A stretch of DNA of 64,000 nt, from the NCBI GenBank assembly GCA_025544715.1, contig GCA_025544715.1_4109.2; one strand, given 5' to 3'. This DNA comes from Escherichia coli (GTDB taxonomy: Bacteria > Pseudomonadota > Gammaproteobacteria > Enterobacterales > Enterobacteriaceae). A program made the translations under genes and the position numbers. Below the pieces are notes generated by a model. That model did no database searches. It had not been told where the DNA came from and saw nothing but the letters and a program-made list of their open reading frames with translations. Positions 60,288 to 64,000 of this stretch are shown piece after piece (positions within the stretch are counted from its first letter, which is position 1; each line of letters begins with the position of its first letter).

Positions 60288-60623
60288 TCAGTTTTTTTGT
60301 TTATTTGCTGTCACAGCAGCTTTTGTGGCCCAATCTTCAACTTGCTCTTCAGAATCTTGCTCGACTTCTTCTGAACCTTCTGCTGAATTTCCTGCAAAAG
60401 TTACAACATCAGAATTAGCATCCTGTACAAAAGGAAGGGAATTCAAAATGTCCATCATTACATTGTATGGAACATCGATGTTGGTTCTCTTTTTAATTTC
60501 AGAAATCAAAGATTGAACATTTACTTCTTCTCGACCCGTGGACACTAAAGACAACGCAATAGTAGTAATCATATTGCGTATATCTTTACCAGGAGCCTCT
60601 TCAGTAAGATCACGAAATCTCAT
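60288..60623 (-). CDS. hypothetical acidic protein
   Basis: 111-aa ORF. Confidence 0.45.
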   Translation of the reverse strand: MRFRDLTEEAPGKDIRNMITTIALSLVSTGREEVNVQSLISEIKKRTNIDVPYNVMMDILNSLPFVQDANSDVVTFAGNSAEGSEEVEQDSEEQVEDWATKAAVTANKQKN

Positions 60624-60639
60624 GTAGAATTGTCCTTAA

Positions 60640-61296
60640 TTATTTTTTAACGTATCCTAGAACACGTTTAACTTTCTTTTCATTCTCAGAAAGCCATGTT
60701 TTCATTTCTTCTTTTGAACTAAAGTATTTAGTACCCACAGTTCCGCGAATACTTTCCATTTTTACACCAACTTTACTTGGTTTAACAGATTCTTTCATTT
60801 CACGTTCAGTTGGTACGGGTTCAGAGATAATGTCTTCTTCAAAGTCTGCGTCTGCATCCATATCAAAAGTTGGGGTATCTGCTGCAATATCAATATCAAC
60901 ATCTTCACTTCCAATATCAGAAACATCTGGACCGTCAGTGATATCACCAGTTAGTTTAAGTGTTTCAGTACTGATTTTGTCTTTTACATCCATTAAGGTA
61001 GTAACTGCATGTTGTAGTAGATGGCGAACATTATCACTAAAATTTTGTGCAGCATCTAGACCTTGCTCGGCTTTAATACGGTCAAGTAGTGGGCCTAGTA
61101 CGTCAACACCCATGTTGTTAATAACCTCAGATTGACGTTGGAGTTTATCAACAATCTCACCTTTCACTGAAAGAACAATTTCTGCTTTTTCAATATTAGA
61201 TTCATTTAATTGAATAAACTTCATAGCTTCTGCACGAGAAGCTGCTTCCATTAGTTTTTTATATTTTGACATTTGTATTTCCTTATAAAATATCAC
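60640..61296 (-). CDS. hypothetical acidic protein
   Basis: 218 aa with D/E-rich segment. Confidence 0.5.
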   Translation of the reverse strand: MIFYKEIQMSKYKKLMEAASRAEAMKFIQLNESNIEKAEIVLSVKGEIVDKLQRQSEVINNMGVDVLGPLLDRIKAEQGLDAAQNFSDNVRHLLQHAVTTLMDVKDKISTETLKLTGDITDGPDVSDIGSEDVDIDIAADTPTFDMDADADFEEDIISEPVPTEREMKESVKPSKVGVKMESIRGTVGTKYFSSKEEMKTWLSENEKKVKRVLGYVKK

Positions 61297-61305
61297 TCAT
61301 TTTAT

Positions 61306-61983
61306 TTACTTTATATAACCTTCGCCTTTTAGAAAGTTTAATACACGCTCTTTTAATTTATACGCTTCAGCTTTCTTTTCTGCAATAATTATATCTAAAT
61401 CTTTTGCTTCATCATACTTAGATTCATTAAGTACGCGTTGACGTTTCTGGGCTGCTTTCAATGCTTCACTAATCACATTCGTATATTGAAGACCCGAACT
61501 GATTATACCAAGTACTTTTGCATCTGTCAACATTCTTCCTTCATTGAGAAGGTTAACTAATGTAAGTGCTGCTTCATACATCATAATATTATTCATAATA
61601 ATTTGTGAACTATGATTACACTTAATGCTATAAACTTTAGTAGATTTAGTACCTTGTACTTTTTCTTCCACTAAACTCCAATTAGTTTTTGGTTTAGCTG
61701 GAGTTCGTTGAACCACAGGTTGTACTGATTGATGTCCAAGCATATGTTCGTTGTATGGTGCATAGTATGGAACAACTTGTGGGTGTTGTTGCTCTGGGTC
61801 AACCCCATAATCCATACCTGCTTCATTTAATGAAGTTAAAATAGAAGCCATAGCACCGATATCACCACCAGTTTTATATGGAACCCCTGATGCGTTATGT
61901 GTTTCACCAGCTTCAATGTCATTCAATCCACTTAACAAATCAGCCATCTGATTAACTGATTGTTGATCATATTCGTAATTCAT
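61306..61983 (-). CDS. hypothetical protein
   Basis: 225-aa ORF. Confidence 0.5.
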   Translation of the reverse strand: MNYEYDQQSVNQMADLLSGLNDIEAGETHNASGVPYKTGGDIGAMASILTSLNEAGMDYGVDPEQQHPQVVPYYAPYNEHMLGHQSVQPVVQRTPAKPKTNWSLVEEKVQGTKSTKVYSIKCNHSSQIIMNNIMMYEAALTLVNLLNEGRMLTDAKVLGIISSGLQYTNVISEALKAAQKRQRVLNESKYDEAKDLDIIIAEKKAEAYKLKERVLNFLKGEGYIK

Positions 61984-62198
61984 TTACTACTCCTAACTGT
62001 TTGGTAAGATTCAGTACCGTCATCATTTTCTATTTTATTTAGAACACCACGTGATACCATTTTATCAGCTAATTCCTGATAATATTCATTTACCTTTTCA
62101 ACTGGAACAGTACCGCGTGCTTTTATCTTTTGTAATAGTTTATATTCTTCATTAGAAACCATTGTATTGTGACCATGCACATTTAGTACTGTTCTCAT
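61980..62198 (-). CDS. hypothetical small protein
   Basis: 72-aa ORF with 4-nt overlaps on both sides. Confidence 0.45.
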   Translation of the reverse strand: MRTVLNVHGHNTMVSNEEYKLLQKIKARGTVPVEKVNEYYQELADKMVSRGVLNKIENDDGTESYQTVRSSK

Positions 62199-63196
62199 TA
62201 ACGACCTCGCATACGATGACAGAAATCGATAATTTGATCTACCATGTCATCATTATCAGATTGTGATGTGTTTGCCATAACACTTTCATCACCATAGATA
62301 TCATCTTCTTTTTCAATATCAGAAATTGCATGTATCATTTCACCCATACCAGGTGCATGATGTGACAATGGTGATGGTGTATCAGGATTACTATCAGGCT
62401 CTAAACTGGAATTAGCCATAAGTTCACTGTTAATTTCTTGCGGAGATTTTTCTTCACGAATTGGATTATTTTGATTATCAATAGGATTAACATCACTCAA
62501 AGGAAAAACGTTCAACTCATTTGGCTTGGTCCCACTTTTAGTAATAACTAATGACTGCTCCGGTGTTTGTCCTGGGTCAACACCAACTACAGGTTCAACC
62601 GAATCGGTCCCGCTTTGTGTACCTGGAACACTAACTTTCATATTATTAGCATTTCTTTGCAACTCAGCTTGTTTCATTTTAGCTTGAGTTTGTGGATTGA
62701 CTTGTTGTTGACCCTGAGAAACATTCATTTTAGCAATTTGTTTTGCTTGTATTTGTGTGGCTTGATTTTGTAAATCTTCAAATACAATTGCTTTTAATTC
62801 TTGTGTGGTTAGTTTTGTTATATCTGAATATGTATAGTTTTTATGATACTCTTCTGCTAATTGCGTTAGTGACATTGAATCAACAATACTATGAAGTTCA
62901 GTGCTTTCATTAATATGTTTGTTAATATTTTTAGTACTAAAATAATTATAACATTCACTCATCTGTGCTTTGTATTTTTGTAAAATTTGGAATATTTCAC
63001 GATTGTCAGAATTATCAATCGCAGAATTTAAAGTGATAAAATCACCTGCATCCATATTATCAAGAATAACAGAAACATCAACATTCAAATTATGTGCATC
63101 TGCGAACTTTTGAAGTTCAGTTGCTGTTTGGTTTATATCCATAATTTCTCCATATAAAATAAAAAGACCTCTGTCTTGCTTTATGATATTTATCAC
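62198..63196 (-). CDS. hypothetical protein, Q/N/S-rich
   Basis: 332-aa ORF. Confidence 0.5.
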   Translation of the reverse strand: MINIIKQDRGLFILYGEIMDINQTATELQKFADAHNLNVDVSVILDNMDAGDFITLNSAIDNSDNREIFQILQKYKAQMSECYNYFSTKNINKHINESTELHSIVDSMSLTQLAEEYHKNYTYSDITKLTTQELKAIVFEDLQNQATQIQAKQIAKMNVSQGQQQVNPQTQAKMKQAELQRNANNMKVSVPGTQSGTDSVEPVVGVDPGQTPEQSLVITKSGTKPNELNVFPLSDVNPIDNQNNPIREEKSPQEINSELMANSSLEPDSNPDTPSPLSHHAPGMGEMIHAISDIEKEDDIYGDESVMANTSQSDNDDMVDQIIDFCHRMRGR

Positions 63197-63198
63197 AA

Positions 63199-63591
63199 TT
63201 AAGAAAAGGTCTGTTTGCTGATGCTAATGTTAATATCATCACCAGATGTGATAAATTTTGTTATTCGTTTTCCATTTAATTCGGTTGGTAGAACCAATGG
63301 TATACCATTCAAACGGAGTTCGACATCCATTGGTAATGCGAATTTGAATGTGCTTATGGTACATTTTCCCCAAGAAATTGGCATGTTATAAAAAGATGAA
63401 TTATTATCTTTATATAAATCGACTTCATTTTTAACAACGCTTACCATCATTGGATAGTCATATACCATAATAGCTTCCAACAACCTAGACAAGTTCATAG
63501 CACCAGTGAACTTAGAATCTATGATTGTTGGGGTTTTACCATCACCAATATCTACTACAGTATGAATTGTGTAGAATGTATATGGTTTCAT
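63199..63591 (-). CDS. hypothetical protein
   Basis: 130-aa ORF. Confidence 0.45.
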   Translation of the reverse strand: MKPYTFYTIHTVVDIGDGKTPTIIDSKFTGAMNLSRLLEAIMVYDYPMMVSVVKNEVDLYKDNNSSFYNMPISWGKCTISTFKFALPMDVELRLNGIPLVLPTELNGKRITKFITSGDDINISISKQTFS

Positions 63592-63782
63592 TCTTTGTCC
63601 TTATCTTTTTTCTCTACGACTTTGTATCCAAAGAAGTTAGTAGGAGGCAATCTACGATGTAATGGATAATGTAAACCAGTACTGACTGATGCAATAGCAC
63701 CTGCGGAAGTAGCTCCAGAAGATGCATTTTCTTTGATATTCTTTTTCTTCATATTAATTTCCTTTATTACGTTTTTCATCAA
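63588..63782 (-). CDS. hypothetical small protein
   Basis: 64-aa ORF. Confidence 0.4.
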   Translation of the reverse strand: MMKNVIKEINMKKKNIKENASSGATSAGAIASVSTGLHYPLHRRLPPTNFFGYKVVEKKDKDKE

Positions 63783-63783
63783 G

Positions 63784-64000
63784 TGCTATATTCTCTAACC
63801 CTTTTTGAAACTTTTTATAATCTCGGTTTTTTATACTTAGAAATAAGCGTTTTTTTAAATCTTCAGCATCAGTTTGGTTAAACTCATCTTCAATGCTCTC
63901 CAATAAATGAATCACAGAGTTTATTGCGTGGTCAGCACGATTACTAAAACTCTGTAATGTATCTTTCTCTGGCGTATAGTCAACTATACTATCAAGTAGA
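63784..64000 (-). CDS. hypothetical protein, 5' end beyond window
   Basis: Open minus-strand frame from the window end to TAA at 63784-63786, read by hand; not in the track. Confidence 0.4.

Overview
AT-rich 64-kb segment that reads as part of a large virulent T4-like (Tevenvirinae-like) phage genome, coded almost entirely on the minus strand. Nothing here was searched against a database: all calls rest on motifs and alignments made by eye, and most ORF starts are approximate. The left ~24 kb is a hyperplastic accessory region: short tightly packed ORFs, an HNH homing endonuclease, five tRNA genes plus one tRNA-like gene and one tRNA remnant, sigma70-type early promoters (TTGACT-17-TATAAT), and two paralogous gene families. 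The larger family has at least 20 members of ~110-180 aa sharing only a C-terminal module (EE-x-[FY]-[FLM]-Q-x-S-[TL]-[VI]...); it is the strongest candidate for an undescribed system. The smaller family is a tandem array of ~54-60 aa 'MTHEEW' proteins interleaved with the tRNAs. A Dcm-type C5-cytosine methyltransferase sits at 18.6-19.5 kb. The right ~40 kb is a replication and nucleotide-metabolism module: DexA-like exonuclease, clamp-loader gp44 homologue, GroES-like co-chaperonin, topoisomerase II subunits (gp52-like and fused gp39/60-like), IF3 homologue, Dda helicase, RNase HI, DHFR, NrdB and NrdA, and a PD-(D/E)xK nuclease. One large gene (797 aa) in this module is preceded by a T4-type late promoter (TATAAATA). 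A tandem paralogue pair lies on the plus strand, and the second copy appears frameshifted. No CRISPR array, integrase, or intron/intein in nrdA/nrdB was seen.
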